Source: Cytophagales bacterium
GTDB lineage: Bacteria; Bacteroidota; Bacteroidia; Cytophagales; Bernardetiaceae
Length of the DNA stretch: 62,140 bases
Assembly (NCBI GenBank): GCA_004293815.1
Contig: RDZD01000016.1
Location: 1-62,140, forward strand
Direction: 5' to 3'
Numbering within the stretch: position 1 is the stretch's first letter; the number at the start of each line of letters is the position of its first letter. Below are positions 19,755-30,084 of the stretch, one piece after another. Position numbers and translations under genes: made by a program. The notes under the pieces were generated by a model. It did no database searches and was not told the DNA's origin. It worked only from the letters and a program-made list of their open reading frames with translations.

Positions 19755-19804
19755 GAGGCTTTCTAGCATCTGCTTTTAAAGCTTATTTGAACTCCAGTCT
19801 TGGC

Positions 19805-19843
19805 AATCCTGTGGCTTAAGCATTATGCCTAAGCCACAGGATT
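19805..19843. terminator. 14-bp stem hairpin (AATCCTGTGGCTTA ... TAAGCCACAGGATT) between convergent genes; bidirectional terminator
   Basis: The near-perfect inverted repeat lies 50 bp after the adhesin stop and 114 bp beyond the murI stop. It is followed by TTTATTG. Confidence 0.6.
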
Positions 19844-19956
19844 TATTGAGAAATAAGGCTTAGTAGCAAAATGGCATGCCCTCTTTAGTTTTTTTGACTA
19901 AAAGCATCTGCACTCCCTAAAAACTGTACTCGCTGGCTGTTGAAGTGTATTAAGTC

Positions 19957-20793
19957 TTACTCCCAAAGTTTATACAAAGCCAGCTGTACAGCTTCACCAA
20001 AAAAAATACGCGTAGTGGCCGCAAAGGATTCCGTAAAATCTGATACAAAAAAGAAGTCCTGAGCAGGCTTTGTGGCATTTCTACAGATGCTTTCCGATAC
20101 CAATGCTTTTCTTACCGCCTCAGCCACAATTCCTGAGGCATCTATCACTTCTACCCCCACACCTAGAAAAGCCTCAATTTCTTTTTTGATGAGGGGGTAA
20201 TGAGTACATGCTAAAACCAAGCCTTTTATAGGCTTACTGGCGAAATTTTGTAGGTATTCCGCCACAATCTGCTGGCTGATACTATTGTTAAAAAAGCCCT
20301 CTTCTATCATTCCAGCCAACAAAGGCGTGGCTAGAGCGTGTAGCTTCACGGTAGGGTTGCGGGCTGCCAGCTTGTGTTCATAGACGCGTGAATGAACCGT
20401 TTGTCTCGTACCTATAAGCCCAATATCTTGATTGTCAAATTTTTGTGATATATATTCTACAATAGGGTCTATCACATTGACCACCCTTACACGGCTGCCC
20501 ACGTAAGCTTGTGCCAATTCAAAAGCCGCTGCTGAGGCGGAGTTACAAGCTATCAAAATAAGTTTGGCGTTTTGTTCCAACAAAAAGTCTATAGACTTGA
20601 TAACATAGGCTTGCAGTGACGCTTTGGACTTTTCGCCATAAGGCAAATGAGCGGTATCGCCAAAATAAACCAAAGACTCATTCGGAAGCACGGTTTTGAG
20701 TGCTTTGGCCACCGTCAGACCGCCAATCCCGCTGTCAAAGACACCAATAGGATCGTCGGTAGATTTAGAACGGCTTAAAAAACTTGGTTGCAT
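19957..20793 (-). CDS. murI: glutamate racemase
   Basis: VFDSGIGGLTV, ACNSASA and the conserved Cys motifs (CTHYP) are present in a ~278-aa ORF. Confidence 0.9.
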   Translation of the reverse strand: MQPSFLSRSKSTDDPIGVFDSGIGGLTVAKALKTVLPNESLVYFGDTAHLPYGEKSKASLQAYVIKSIDFLLEQNAKLILIACNSASAAAFELAQAYVGSRVRVVNVIDPIVEYISQKFDNQDIGLIGTRQTVHSRVYEHKLAARNPTVKLHALATPLLAGMIEEGFFNNSISQQIVAEYLQNFASKPIKGLVLACTHYPLIKKEIEAFLGVGVEVIDASGIVAEAVRKALVSESICRNATKPAQDFFFVSDFTESFAATTRIFFGEAVQLALYKLWE

Positions 20794-20859
20794 AAGTAAA
20801 ATACTGCTTTGCAGAGACTTTCTAAAACAAAAATGGATACTTGAGGGCGGTTAGACGCT

Positions 20860-23679
20860 TTATAGCTTCATTTCTTGAGCCAAAAACTTTCCCGTATGGC
20901 TTTTCTTATTCTTACAAATTGCTTCGGGTGTACCTTGCGCAATGAGTACACCGCCGCCTATGCCACCCTCTGGCCCCATGTCAAATACATAGTCTGAGAC
21001 TTTTATAACGTCTAGGTTATGTTCAATAATCAAAACCGTGTTGCCTTTTTCTACCAGCTTGTTAAGTACATCGAGCAAATGGACAATGTCTTGGAAGTGT
21101 AAGCCTGTAGTGGGCTCATCCAGAATATAAAGCGTTTTACCAGTGTCTTTGCGTGAAAGCTCTGTGGCTAATTTTACACGTTGTGCCTCGCCTCCCGAAA
21201 GCGTGGTGGCGTGTTGCCCGAGCGTGATATAGCCTAAGCCTACGTCCGCCAAAGTTTGCACTTTACGCAGAATAGCAGGTTGATTATCAAAAAAGCCTAA
21301 TGCCTCACTGATACTCATATCCAGAACATCAGAAATAGATTTACCCTTAAAACGGATTTCAAGCGTTTCGCGGTTATAGCGTTTGCCACGGCAGGTATTA
21401 CAATCTATGTAAACGTCTGGCAGAAATTCCATTTCTATGGTCTTTTTGCCGCCGCCCTCACAGTCTTCACATCTGCCTCCTTTGACGTTAAAGGAGAAGC
21501 GTCCATTTTTATACCCTCTGATTTTGGCTTCGGGCATTTGCGCATAAAGTGCGCGAATATCCGTAAACATTCCCGTATAAGTAGCTGGATTCGAGCGAGG
21601 TGTACGGCCTATTGGCGACTGGTCTATTTCTATAACTTTGTCAATGTGTTCAAGCCCTTCTAAGGCTTTGTAGGGCAAAGGCTGTTTTTTGGCTCTAAAA
21701 AAATGTGCATTGAGAATTGGATAAAGGGTTTCATGTATTAGAGAAGACTTCCCGCTGCCCGAAACCCCCGTTATAGCAATCATTTTGCCCAACGGCAACT
21801 TCAGAGTTACATCCTGTAAATTATGTCCAGTACAACCCTTCAAAGTTAGGAAAAGGCCATTGCCCTCTCTCCTTTTTTCGGGCGTTTTTATGGTCAAATT
21901 GCCATTCAAATATCCCGCAGTGGTGCTAGTTTTGTCTAAAAAACTAGCCGGTTTGCCTTCTGCTACTACACGTCCGCCAAATTTGCCTGCACCTGGGCCA
22001 ATATCAATCAGATAGTCGGCCTGCAACATCATGTCCTTGTCATGCTCCACCACCAAAACCGTATTACCAAGATCTCTTAAATTTTGTAAGGCTTTGATGA
22101 GCTTGTCGTTATCGCGTGGATGCAAGCCTATGCTTGGCTCATCGAGAATGTATAGAACCCCCACCAACTGCGTACCGATTTGGGTGGCAAGGCGTATCCG
22201 TTGCGCCTCCCCGCCCGAGAGCGTTCGCATAGCGCGTGTGAGAGTCAGGTAGTCTAAGCCCACGTCTCTCAAGAAGCCTATGCGCTTGTTAATTTCCTTG
22301 AGTACTTCGTCTGCTATGCTTTTCTGACGGCCAGAGAGCTTGGGCGGAAGACTCTTGAACCACTCGGCTAAGGTCTTGATATCCATACCAGAAAGCTCTG
22401 CAATGTTCTTTTCACCTATTTTGAAGAATAAGGCTTCTTGCTTGAGGCGCGCGCCGTCGCAAGAATGGCATACTTTGGTCTCTACAAAGTCTTCAGCCCA
22501 TTTCTGCATTTTCTCTGTCCCCTCTGCCACTTGCTTTTTGAGGAAAGGGATTACACCCTCATAAGTAGTATCCCATTGTGTGCCAGGATATTTAACTGAA
22601 TTAACCTGAACAGGTGTAGGACTGCCATACAAGAGTACTTGCATGGCTTCCTCAGAAAACTTATCGAGCGGTGTATTAAGATTGACTTTGTAGGGCTTCA
22701 ATACAGCTTCTAACTTCTTGAAAAGCCAAATTTCTCTGTACTCGCCAAAGGGAGCCAGCGCACCTTGTGAGATACTTAGTTTGGGATCTGGTATGATTTG
22801 TCCACCAGTAAACTCGTTAACAACTCCTAAGCCAGAGCAAGTGGTGCACATGCCATAGGGTGAATTGAACGAAAACGTGTTTGGTGCTGGTTCATCGTAG
22901 GCCATACCTGTGGCAGCACACATCAAATTGCGCGACAAAAAGCGAAGATTATCTGCATCATCAAGCAACATCAAAACACCGTTGCCTTCCTTAAGAGCTA
23001 GCCTGACCGACTGAGTGAGCCGTTTCATATCCTCCTCGCGGACAAGAAGGCGATCTATAACCGCCTCAATATCATGTGTTTTGTAGCGATCTAGCTGCAT
23101 TTTTGGTGTAATCTCTTCTACTACACCGTTTATGCGCACTTTTGTAAAGCCCATTTTACGCACTTTAACAAATAGTTCGCGGTAGTGTCCTTTACGTGCA
23201 CGCACGAGCGGTGCTAAAATGCTTATTTTCTTATCTTTATATTGTTCAAAAATTTGTTCTATAATTTGTTCTTCGGTTTGGCGAATCATTTTTTGGCCTG
23301 TGTGGAGCGAGTAGGCATCGGCAGCACGTGCGTAAAGCAACCTCAAAAAGTCGTAAATTTCCGTTAGCGTGCCCACTGTGGAGCGAGGATTTCGCGAGGT
23401 GGTTTTTTGTTCTATACTGATGACAGGGCTAAGTCCATTGATTTTGTCCACATCAGGACGCTCCATATTGCCCAAAAAAGAACGGGCATAGGCCGAAAAG
23501 CTTTCCATATAACGGCGTTGACCTTCAGCATAAATGGTATCAAAGGCCAATGAAGATTTACCGCTGCCGCTTATACCTGTGATAACTACTAGTTTGTTGC
23601 GAGGGATATTGATGTCAATATTCTTTAGATTATGTTCGCGTGCGCCGTAAACTTCTATAAATTCTTCTTGAATGGACAT
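20860..23679 (-). CDS. uvrA: excinuclease ABC subunit A
   Basis: Two ABC ATPase modules are present (GISGSGKSSL, GVSGSGKSSL), with LSGGEAQR signature motifs and zinc-finger Cys clusters. The start is placed at MSIQEEF. Confidence 0.95.
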   Translation of the reverse strand: MSIQEEFIEVYGAREHNLKNIDINIPRNKLVVITGISGSGKSSLAFDTIYAEGQRRYMESFSAYARSFLGNMERPDVDKINGLSPVISIEQKTTSRNPRSTVGTLTEIYDFLRLLYARAADAYSLHTGQKMIRQTEEQIIEQIFEQYKDKKISILAPLVRARKGHYRELFVKVRKMGFTKVRINGVVEEITPKMQLDRYKTHDIEAVIDRLLVREEDMKRLTQSVRLALKEGNGVLMLLDDADNLRFLSRNLMCAATGMAYDEPAPNTFSFNSPYGMCTTCSGLGVVNEFTGGQIIPDPKLSISQGALAPFGEYREIWLFKKLEAVLKPYKVNLNTPLDKFSEEAMQVLLYGSPTPVQVNSVKYPGTQWDTTYEGVIPFLKKQVAEGTEKMQKWAEDFVETKVCHSCDGARLKQEALFFKIGEKNIAELSGMDIKTLAEWFKSLPPKLSGRQKSIADEVLKEINKRIGFLRDVGLDYLTLTRAMRTLSGGEAQRIRLATQIGTQLVGVLYILDEPSIGLHPRDNDKLIKALQNLRDLGNTVLVVEHDKDMMLQADYLIDIGPGAGKFGGRVVAEGKPASFLDKTSTTAGYLNGNLTIKTPEKRREGNGLFLTLKGCTGHNLQDVTLKLPLGKMIAITGVSGSGKSSLIHETLYPILNAHFFRAKKQPLPYKALEGLEHIDKVIEIDQSPIGRTPRSNPATYTGMFTDIRALYAQMPEAKIRGYKNGRFSFNVKGGRCEDCEGGGKKTIEMEFLPDVYIDCNTCRGKRYNRETLEIRFKGKSISDVLDMSISEALGFFDNQPAILRKVQTLADVGLGYITLGQHATTLSGGEAQRVKLATELSRKDTGKTLYILDEPTTGLHFQDIVHLLDVLNKLVEKGNTVLIIEHNLDVIKVSDYVFDMGPEGGIGGGVLIAQGTPEAICKNKKSHTGKFLAQEMKL

Positions 23680-24085
23680 ACTTGAGCGTGTGCTTGGGCT
23701 TTTGAGCATGCAAAGATACAGCAAAATCTCTAATTAATGAACCCCTGAAACGCATTTTTCTTGTCGTGTTTAAAGCCTAACGAGGTTTAAAAATCTCAAA
23801 AAACTTGACTCCCTGATTTTTAATCTAAAAAGCGTATATGCAAAGCCAACATGTCATCAACTGGCTTGACTTTACCCATCCAGAGCGCAAGATGTTGTTC
23901 GTGCATGACTATTCTGTGAAAAATTAACAAAAATACTAGCACCCAATAGCATACCATGCAACTCATCAGCCCCTATTCATCACAATTTGATCGAAAAATA
24001 TTAAGGCTCTTCGCAACGCAATTTTTTATATGTGTTACTTAGGACGAAAAATAAACTAACTTTGCCAAAAATTTCGGCAAATGCT

Positions 24086-25105
24086 ATGAAAAACCGCTAC
24101 GATTATGAAGAGGAAGATAATTTGTATGAGCACTACTATTTACAAGTAGATGCTGGACAAACCTCTATGCGGATAGACAAGTTTCTCACCATGCGCTTGC
24201 CTAACGTGAGTAGAAATAGAATTCAAAATAGCTTAAAAGCTGGCTTTATTACGGTCAATGCCACACCTTGTAAACCAAACTACAAGATTAGACCCGCCGA
24301 TGAAATTTCTATTCGTCTGCCTGAACCGCCTCACCTTGAAGACCTTGTACCTGAAGATATTCCATTGGATATAGTGTATGAAGACGACGATCTTATGATC
24401 ATCAACAAGCCCGCAGGTTTGGTGGTTCACCCTGCTCCCGACAACTGGACAGGCACTTTGGCCAATGCGGTACATTTTTATTTGCTCAAACAGGGGCTTA
24501 CTGGTTTTTGTGGTTTAGTACACCGCATTGATAAAGGCACAACGGGTCTCATGGTAGTACCCAAAAACGAGCTGGCGCGCACCATGCTCTCGAAGCAATT
24601 TTTTGATCACAGCATAGAAAGAACCTATAACGCACTTGTCTGGGGTGAGTTAGAGGCAGAGAAAGGCACTTACAGAGGGAACATCGCTCGCAGCCCCTAC
24701 AATCGTAAAGTAATGATGGTTTTTCCAGACGGTGGAGAGGTGGGAAAAGTGGCAGTGACTCACTACAAAGTGCTCAAACATTTCCGTTACGTCACTTTGG
24801 TGCAATGCAACCTAGAAACAGGGCGAACACACCAAATCAGAATTCACTTTAAAACCAATGGGCATCCACTTTTTGGTGACCCCACCTATGGCGGTGACCG
24901 TATTTTGAAAGGAACTGTATTCTCGCGTTATAGCGATTTTATAGAAAAATGTTTTGGCTTTATGCCAAGACAAGCACTACATGCCAAATCTTTGGGCTTC
25001 GTACACCCAAGAACTCAGCAATTTATGCAGTTTGACTCCGAGCTTCCTCAGGACATGCAAACTCTTCTCAAAGCATGGTCTGATTATACTGCTCATCCTG
25101 AATAA
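24086..25105 (+). CDS. RluA-family 23S rRNA pseudouridine synthase with N-terminal S4 domain (RluD/RluC-like)
   Basis: An S4 domain (RIDKFL...) is followed by the catalytic motif HRIDKGTTGLMVV. The ORF track starts at a GTG at 24032, and I chose the first ATG. Confidence 0.9.
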   Translation: MKNRYDYEEEDNLYEHYYLQVDAGQTSMRIDKFLTMRLPNVSRNRIQNSLKAGFITVNATPCKPNYKIRPADEISIRLPEPPHLEDLVPEDIPLDIVYEDDDLMIINKPAGLVVHPAPDNWTGTLANAVHFYLLKQGLTGFCGLVHRIDKGTTGLMVVPKNELARTMLSKQFFDHSIERTYNALVWGELEAEKGTYRGNIARSPYNRKVMMVFPDGGEVGKVAVTHYKVLKHFRYVTLVQCNLETGRTHQIRIHFKTNGHPLFGDPTYGGDRILKGTVFSRYSDFIEKCFGFMPRQALHAKSLGFVHPRTQQFMQFDSELPQDMQTLLKAWSDYTAHPE

Positions 25106-25112
25106 TTCAATG

Positions 25113-26501
25113 CTATTGTAAGCCGTGTTTTTCCAATCGCCTATAAAGAGACGCGCGAGTGAGTCCCAACACCTTTGCGGCCTTAGAGAGATTACCGCCG
25201 TGTTTTGAGAGTGCTTTTTGTATAACAATTTTTTCCACATTTTCAAGATTGAAGTCTGTGATATCCAACTCGCTAGCCTCGCTTTTTTGAAGTAAGAATA
25301 AAAAATCGCCAGCCGCTAACTCATCGCAGTCGCTCATAATGACGGCTCTTTCAATGGCGTGTTGCAGCTCACGCACATTACCTGGCCAGTGGTATTCTTG
25401 CATTTTTTTGAGAGCCTGCCCACTAAAGGTTTTCTCTTCCTGATTGTACTTTTGGCAATAGATTTTTATAAAGTGCTCTGCCAGAATGGGAATGTCTTCC
25501 ACACGCTCACGCAGAGCTGGCAAATGCAACTCCACAGTGTTGATTCTATACAACAGGTCTTGTCTAAACTCATTGTTTTGCACCATGTCATAAAGATGCA
25601 TATTGGTAGCACATACCAAGCGAATATCTACAGAAATGGGCTGATTTGAGCCTACACGCACCACTTTGCGCTGCTGAAGTGCCGTTAGAAGCTTAGACTG
25701 CAATGCCAGAGGCAAGTTACCAATTTCGTCTAAAAACAGCGTCCCTGTGTGAGCTGCTTCAAAACGACCTTCTCGGTCTTCTTTGGCATCTGTAAAAGAC
25801 CCTTTCTTATGCCCAAAAAGCTCACTCTCGAACAGCGTAGAGGTAATAGCCCCCATATCCACACTCACAAAAGACTTTGCATTCCGCAAAGACTGCTGGT
25901 GTATGGCCTTGGCTATAACTTCTTTACCAGTACCGTTTTCACCCAAAATAAGTATGTTCGCATCGGTGGCCGCCACTTTTTTGATGATTGTAAAGATATT
26001 TCTCATGGATTCGCTCTGGCCTATGATACAGTCCGAGCTTGAAAGTTCGGAACCAATCGGGCGTTTGCTTTTTTTCGTTTGCGGACTGCCTTGAGCTTCA
26101 TTGTCAGCGGCTTGCTCTGTCTGACGCGGTTGAGCAGCATTTTGAATGGTGGCCACTAGCTTATCATTTTGCCATGGCTTTAGCACAAAGTCTCGCGCAC
26201 CAATTTTGAGAGCTTTTACAGCCATTTCTACCTCGCCAAAGGCAGTTATCATCACCACATTAGCTTCAGGTTTTTGCTCCAAAATGTGCTCTAGCCAGTA
26301 AAATCCTTCTTTCCCGCTCGTAATATCTTCGCTGAAATTCATATCCAACAAAATGACATCATATTGCTGGTGATTGAGCAAAAAAGGGATTTTTTTTGGG
26401 TTTTTTTCAATAAAAATATTTTTTGCGTATTTTTTAAGCAAAAGCTTAAGAGCCAACAACACATCTTCGTTGTCATCAATTACAAGAATATTCTGAAGCA
26501 T
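25113..26501 (-). CDS. sigma-54-dependent Fis-family response regulator (NtrC-like: receiver + AAA+ + HTH)
   Basis: The receiver domain has a DMNF Asp pocket. The AAA+ core has GENGTGKE (Walker A), the GAFTGA-like ESELFGHKKGSFTDA motif and an arginine finger. A Fis-type HTH lies at the C-terminus. Confidence 0.9.
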   Translation of the reverse strand: MLQNILVIDDNEDVLLALKLLLKKYAKNIFIEKNPKKIPFLLNHQQYDVILLDMNFSEDITSGKEGFYWLEHILEQKPEANVVMITAFGEVEMAVKALKIGARDFVLKPWQNDKLVATIQNAAQPRQTEQAADNEAQGSPQTKKSKRPIGSELSSSDCIIGQSESMRNIFTIIKKVAATDANILILGENGTGKEVIAKAIHQQSLRNAKSFVSVDMGAITSTLFESELFGHKKGSFTDAKEDREGRFEAAHTGTLFLDEIGNLPLALQSKLLTALQQRKVVRVGSNQPISVDIRLVCATNMHLYDMVQNNEFRQDLLYRINTVELHLPALRERVEDIPILAEHFIKIYCQKYNQEEKTFSGQALKKMQEYHWPGNVRELQHAIERAVIMSDCDELAAGDFLFLLQKSEASELDITDFNLENVEKIVIQKALSKHGGNLSKAAKVLGLTRASLYRRLEKHGLQ

Positions 26502-26931
26502 AGAGCTGCGGGATTTGTGCTATTTTGATGCTCAAAATTAGTGTAATTAAGCAGTATTTCAAAAAACGATTGGGTTTATTTTTGTGTGTTTGGGGCTTTA
26601 TAGAGGAGCTATGCTTCAACGCTTTTTGACTTTACGGCATACCCCAAGCCGCTTAAATATAACAATTTCAAAACTTTTCGTAATCCTTACAGGCTAGAGT
26701 TATCGATAATTTTTGATTGGCGTTTGGGACTTCTCTTTTTGGACTCCTAGCAGAGATATTTTTTTATTTTTGCAACCCCATTACAAATTTTGCGTTTAGA
26801 GCCTTGTGTAAGTTTTCTGGGCTCCCCACCTCATTATAGCTTAGCTTAAAACCATTAAATAATTTTCTGTAGACTAAATTGCCTCTTTAACTCACGCTGT
26901 TTCAAGGGTGAGAGTAAACGCTTTTTTAGCT

Positions 26932-28353
26932 ATGCGTGTTTTTTATCTTTTTAATACCAGCACTGTGTCATTATCAAATAAACTAACCAAGATAGTAGGC
27001 TTAATAAAAGAGTCTTTTAGCAGCGAAAATCAGGATTACACACAAGGAAGCATTCCTAAAGCCGTGTTCTTGTTGGCAGTGCCTATGATTTTAGAACTAA
27101 GCCTAGAAAGTGTTTTTGCACTCGTAGATATTTTTTTTGTCAGCAAACTTGGCCAAAACGCCATTGCCACAGTTGGGCTTACTGAATCCGTGATTACCAT
27201 TGTTTATTCGGTGGCTATCGGCTTGAGTACTGCTGCTACAGCCATAGTGGCGCGGCGCGTGGGCGAAAAGAACCATGAGCAAGCCTCACAGGCAGGTATA
27301 CAAGCCTTGCTTATATCTTTAGTGGCTACTTTGCTAATCAGTATTTTGGGGGTGGTGTATGCCCATAAAATTCTTGAGTTGATGGGCGCAAGCCAAGCCG
27401 TTATTAGCGAGGGCACTGTATTTACACAAATTATGATGGGTGGAAGTGTATCAATCATGCTTTTGTTTTTGATAAATGGCATTTTTAGAGGTGCTGGCAA
27501 TGCGGCTATGGCTATGAAGAGTCTTTGGTTGGCCAGTATTATCAATATCATCTTATGTCCTATTTTGATACACTTCTGGGGATTGAAGGGCGCTGCTATT
27601 GCCACAGTGATTGGGCGCAGCACAGGAGTGCTGTATCAGTTGTATTATCTTTTTAAAGGCAGTGGACATCTTCAAATTAAATGGGTTTATTTCAAGCCAG
27701 ATTGGTCTTTGATCAAATCTATTGTAGAAGTGGCTTACCCTGCTACTTTGCAGTTTATTTTAGCAAGCGGAAGCTGGATTATCCTAGCCAAGTTGGTAGC
27801 TGAAACGGGGGGAACTGGTGCCTCAGCTGGCTATCAGATTGCTATACGCAATATTGTGTTCTTTATTCTACCAGCTTGGGGTTTGAGTAACGCAGCGGCC
27901 ACACTTGTTGGTCAAAACTTAGGGGCAAAGCAAGTATTGCGAGCAGAACAAAGTGTCTGGATTTGCACAAAGTATAATGCTATCTTTATGGCGTTTGTGA
28001 TGGTGCTGTTTCTCACACTTGCCGAGCCTATCATGCGCCTTTTTACGCAGCAAGAGGAACTTGTGTCGTATGGTGCTAAAACTTTACAAGTCATAGGAAT
28101 AGGCTATATTTTTTATGGAATTAGCATGGTAATGATGCAGGCACTCAATGGGGCGGGTGATACCAAAACGCCCACTTACATTAATTTGGTGTGTTTTTGG
28201 CTCATACAAGTGCCTATGGCTTATGTTTTAGCTGTTACGCTGGACTGGGGTGTGCTTGGTGTACTCATAGCCATTCCCACAGCTGAAATCTTACTTGCGC
28301 TGGCTTCTTGGTACTTTTTTAGAGCAGGTAAATGGAAAACTATAGAGCTTTAG
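26932..28353 (+). CDS. MATE-family multidrug/oligosaccharidyl-lipid efflux transporter
   Basis: It has twelve predicted TM helices, with the MATE repeats VDxxFVSKLGQNAIAxVG near the N-terminus and again in the second half. Confidence 0.85.
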   Translation: MRVFYLFNTSTVSLSNKLTKIVGLIKESFSSENQDYTQGSIPKAVFLLAVPMILELSLESVFALVDIFFVSKLGQNAIATVGLTESVITIVYSVAIGLSTAATAIVARRVGEKNHEQASQAGIQALLISLVATLLISILGVVYAHKILELMGASQAVISEGTVFTQIMMGGSVSIMLLFLINGIFRGAGNAAMAMKSLWLASIINIILCPILIHFWGLKGAAIATVIGRSTGVLYQLYYLFKGSGHLQIKWVYFKPDWSLIKSIVEVAYPATLQFILASGSWIILAKLVAETGGTGASAGYQIAIRNIVFFILPAWGLSNAAATLVGQNLGAKQVLRAEQSVWICTKYNAIFMAFVMVLFLTLAEPIMRLFTQQEELVSYGAKTLQVIGIGYIFYGISMVMMQALNGAGDTKTPTYINLVCFWLIQVPMAYVLAVTLDWGVLGVLIAIPTAEILLALASWYFFRAGKWKTIEL

Positions 28354-28529
28354 GAATCTTAGAGACCTGTATGCTCAGTATGCATGAAATATTTTTGAGG
28401 CTAATTACTGCACAATAAATATTTAAACTTACATTTGCATTGCGATGATTTAAGCGAAAAAAGCCTCTTGTGTTTAAAAACAATATTGTTTTTTGAATAT
28501 CCTATTTTAGGTATTAGAATTTGTATAAG

Positions 28530-28904
28530 ATGGAACAAAAAAAACTTTTGATAGCTGAAGATAGTTCTGTGATTCAGAACGTGATGGCCAAGGTGCTCAA
28601 GTTTCAAAACTATGAGATAGATTATGCCAAAAACGGTGTGCAGGTACTCACAAAACTTGAAGGCAAAGATTTTGATGTTATTCTCATGGACATCAATATG
28701 CCCGAAATGGATGGGATGGTCTGTGCAAAAAAGATCAGAGCATTAGCCGCACCCCAGAAATCTACAATACCTATCATTGCCGTAACTGGAAATGCGCAAA
28801 ACTACAGCATAGAAGACTTTAAAGATGCTGGAATTACAGATTATTTACCCAAACCTATTGACTTTGACGTTCTTATCAATAAGCTAAACGAACTTTGGAA
28901 GTAG
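28530..28904 (+). CDS. stand-alone response-regulator receiver domain protein (CheY-like)
   Basis: The E-D acidic pair (AEDS), the phospho-acceptor Asp in VILMDINMPEMDG, T/S (AVTG) and K (LPKP) are all conserved. No output domain is present. Confidence 0.85.
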   Translation: MEQKKLLIAEDSSVIQNVMAKVLKFQNYEIDYAKNGVQVLTKLEGKDFDVILMDINMPEMDGMVCAKKIRALAAPQKSTIPIIAVTGNAQNYSIEDFKDAGITDYLPKPIDFDVLINKLNELWK

Positions 28905-28928
28905 CAGCCTTCTTTTAGACTCAAAAAA

Positions 28929-29192
28929 ATGACGCTAGAAAAGAAAGACTTGAAAGCATTAGAGGATCTTTTGGCTAAACATGGCTATGGGGTTCGCTAT
29001 GAAAAAGGTACTTTTAAAGCGGGTGCTTGTATGATTAAAGGTTTAAAGCAAATTGTAGTTAATAAGCATTTTAATACCGAGGGTAAGGCCATTTGTTTGC
29101 TTGAAATGCTTTTGCAAATGGAGCTAAATCCAGAACTGGTAAGCAGCGAACAATATCAACTCTTAGAAAAATACAGCAGTAAAAAACCTTGA
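28929..29192 (+). CDS. hypothetical protein (87 aa)
   Basis: A small ORF lies 25 bp after the receiver gene and 49 bp before the thioredoxin-like gene. No recognisable motif is present. Confidence 0.4.
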   Translation: MTLEKKDLKALEDLLAKHGYGVRYEKGTFKAGACMIKGLKQIVVNKHFNTEGKAICLLEMLLQMELNPELVSSEQYQLLEKYSSKKP

Positions 29193-29241
29193 AAACTTTG
29201 TTTTAAACCTACTTTTAATCATCATATCAATAAAATATATC

Positions 29242-29802
29242 ATGGCCAAAACAGAAACCCTATCTATACCGCTTGGATTTGAAGCACCGCACTTTGTGCT
29301 ACCCGACGCGGTAAGCGGTCAAAACAAATCTCTAAGTGAGCTTATGGGCAGCAAAGCTACCGTTGTGGTCTTTATGTGCAATCATTGTCCTTACGTAACG
29401 CATATCATTGCACCTATGCTGCAAATAGCGCGCGATTTCGCCAGTTTGGGGGTTAAATTTATTGCTATTAACTCTAACGACGTGGTCAATTATCCACAAG
29501 ATTCGCCCGAAAATATGAAAAAATGGGCAGAGGAACTCAATTTTCCTTTCCCTTTTTTGTATGATGAAACGCAAGATGTGGCTAGACTCTATCAAGCAGC
29601 TTGTACACCAGATTTTAGTGTGTTTGATGCTCAAAAAAAATGTGTCTATCGTGGCCAGTTTGATGATTCCAGACCCAAAGGCACTATTCCAGCTACAGGC
29701 AAAGATTTACGCTATGTACTTGAGAATATTCTCATAGAACGTGAGCTTCCTAGTTATCAGATACCTAGCATGGGTTGTAACATTAAATGGAAGAAGGCAT
29801 GA
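29242..29802 (+). CDS. thioredoxin-fold thiol-disulfide oxidoreductase (redoxin/AhpC-TSA-like, CxxC = CNHC)
   Basis: The VVVFMCNHCPYV active-site region lies in a ~186-aa thioredoxin fold. No signal peptide is present. Confidence 0.8.
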   Translation: MAKTETLSIPLGFEAPHFVLPDAVSGQNKSLSELMGSKATVVVFMCNHCPYVTHIIAPMLQIARDFASLGVKFIAINSNDVVNYPQDSPENMKKWAEELNFPFPFLYDETQDVARLYQAACTPDFSVFDAQKKCVYRGQFDDSRPKGTIPATGKDLRYVLENILIERELPSYQIPSMGCNIKWKKA

Positions 29803-30084
29803 AGCTGAGCTTTTGCTCTTCTTATTATACCATAACTCTAGTTTTTTAGCAATAATTTCATTACGAAATCTTACAAGATTGCAGCTTTTGCAGTCTTGCT
29901 TCCTTAGTAGTTTTTGTCTCTAGCCTTATCCTAAAAAGCGTCTCAAATAGTTAATATTTAGACAGTTATATTTTTATACATTTCAATCAAAGCTAAAAAA
30001 ATCCAAGTGCGGTAGACTTTAAGGCTATAAAATAAATTTATTAGCTTTTAGGTGATATTTCTAACGTTTTTTACACTTCCCTGT

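Noticed and set aside
23725-24085. Sigma-54 (-24/-12) or sigma-70-like promoter calls in divergent intergenic regions (also 26502-26931 and 58839-59149)
   Set aside because: Only weak partial matches were seen, for example TTGACT at 23806 without a good -10. Bacteroidota use -33/-7 elements that I could not place confidently by eye.
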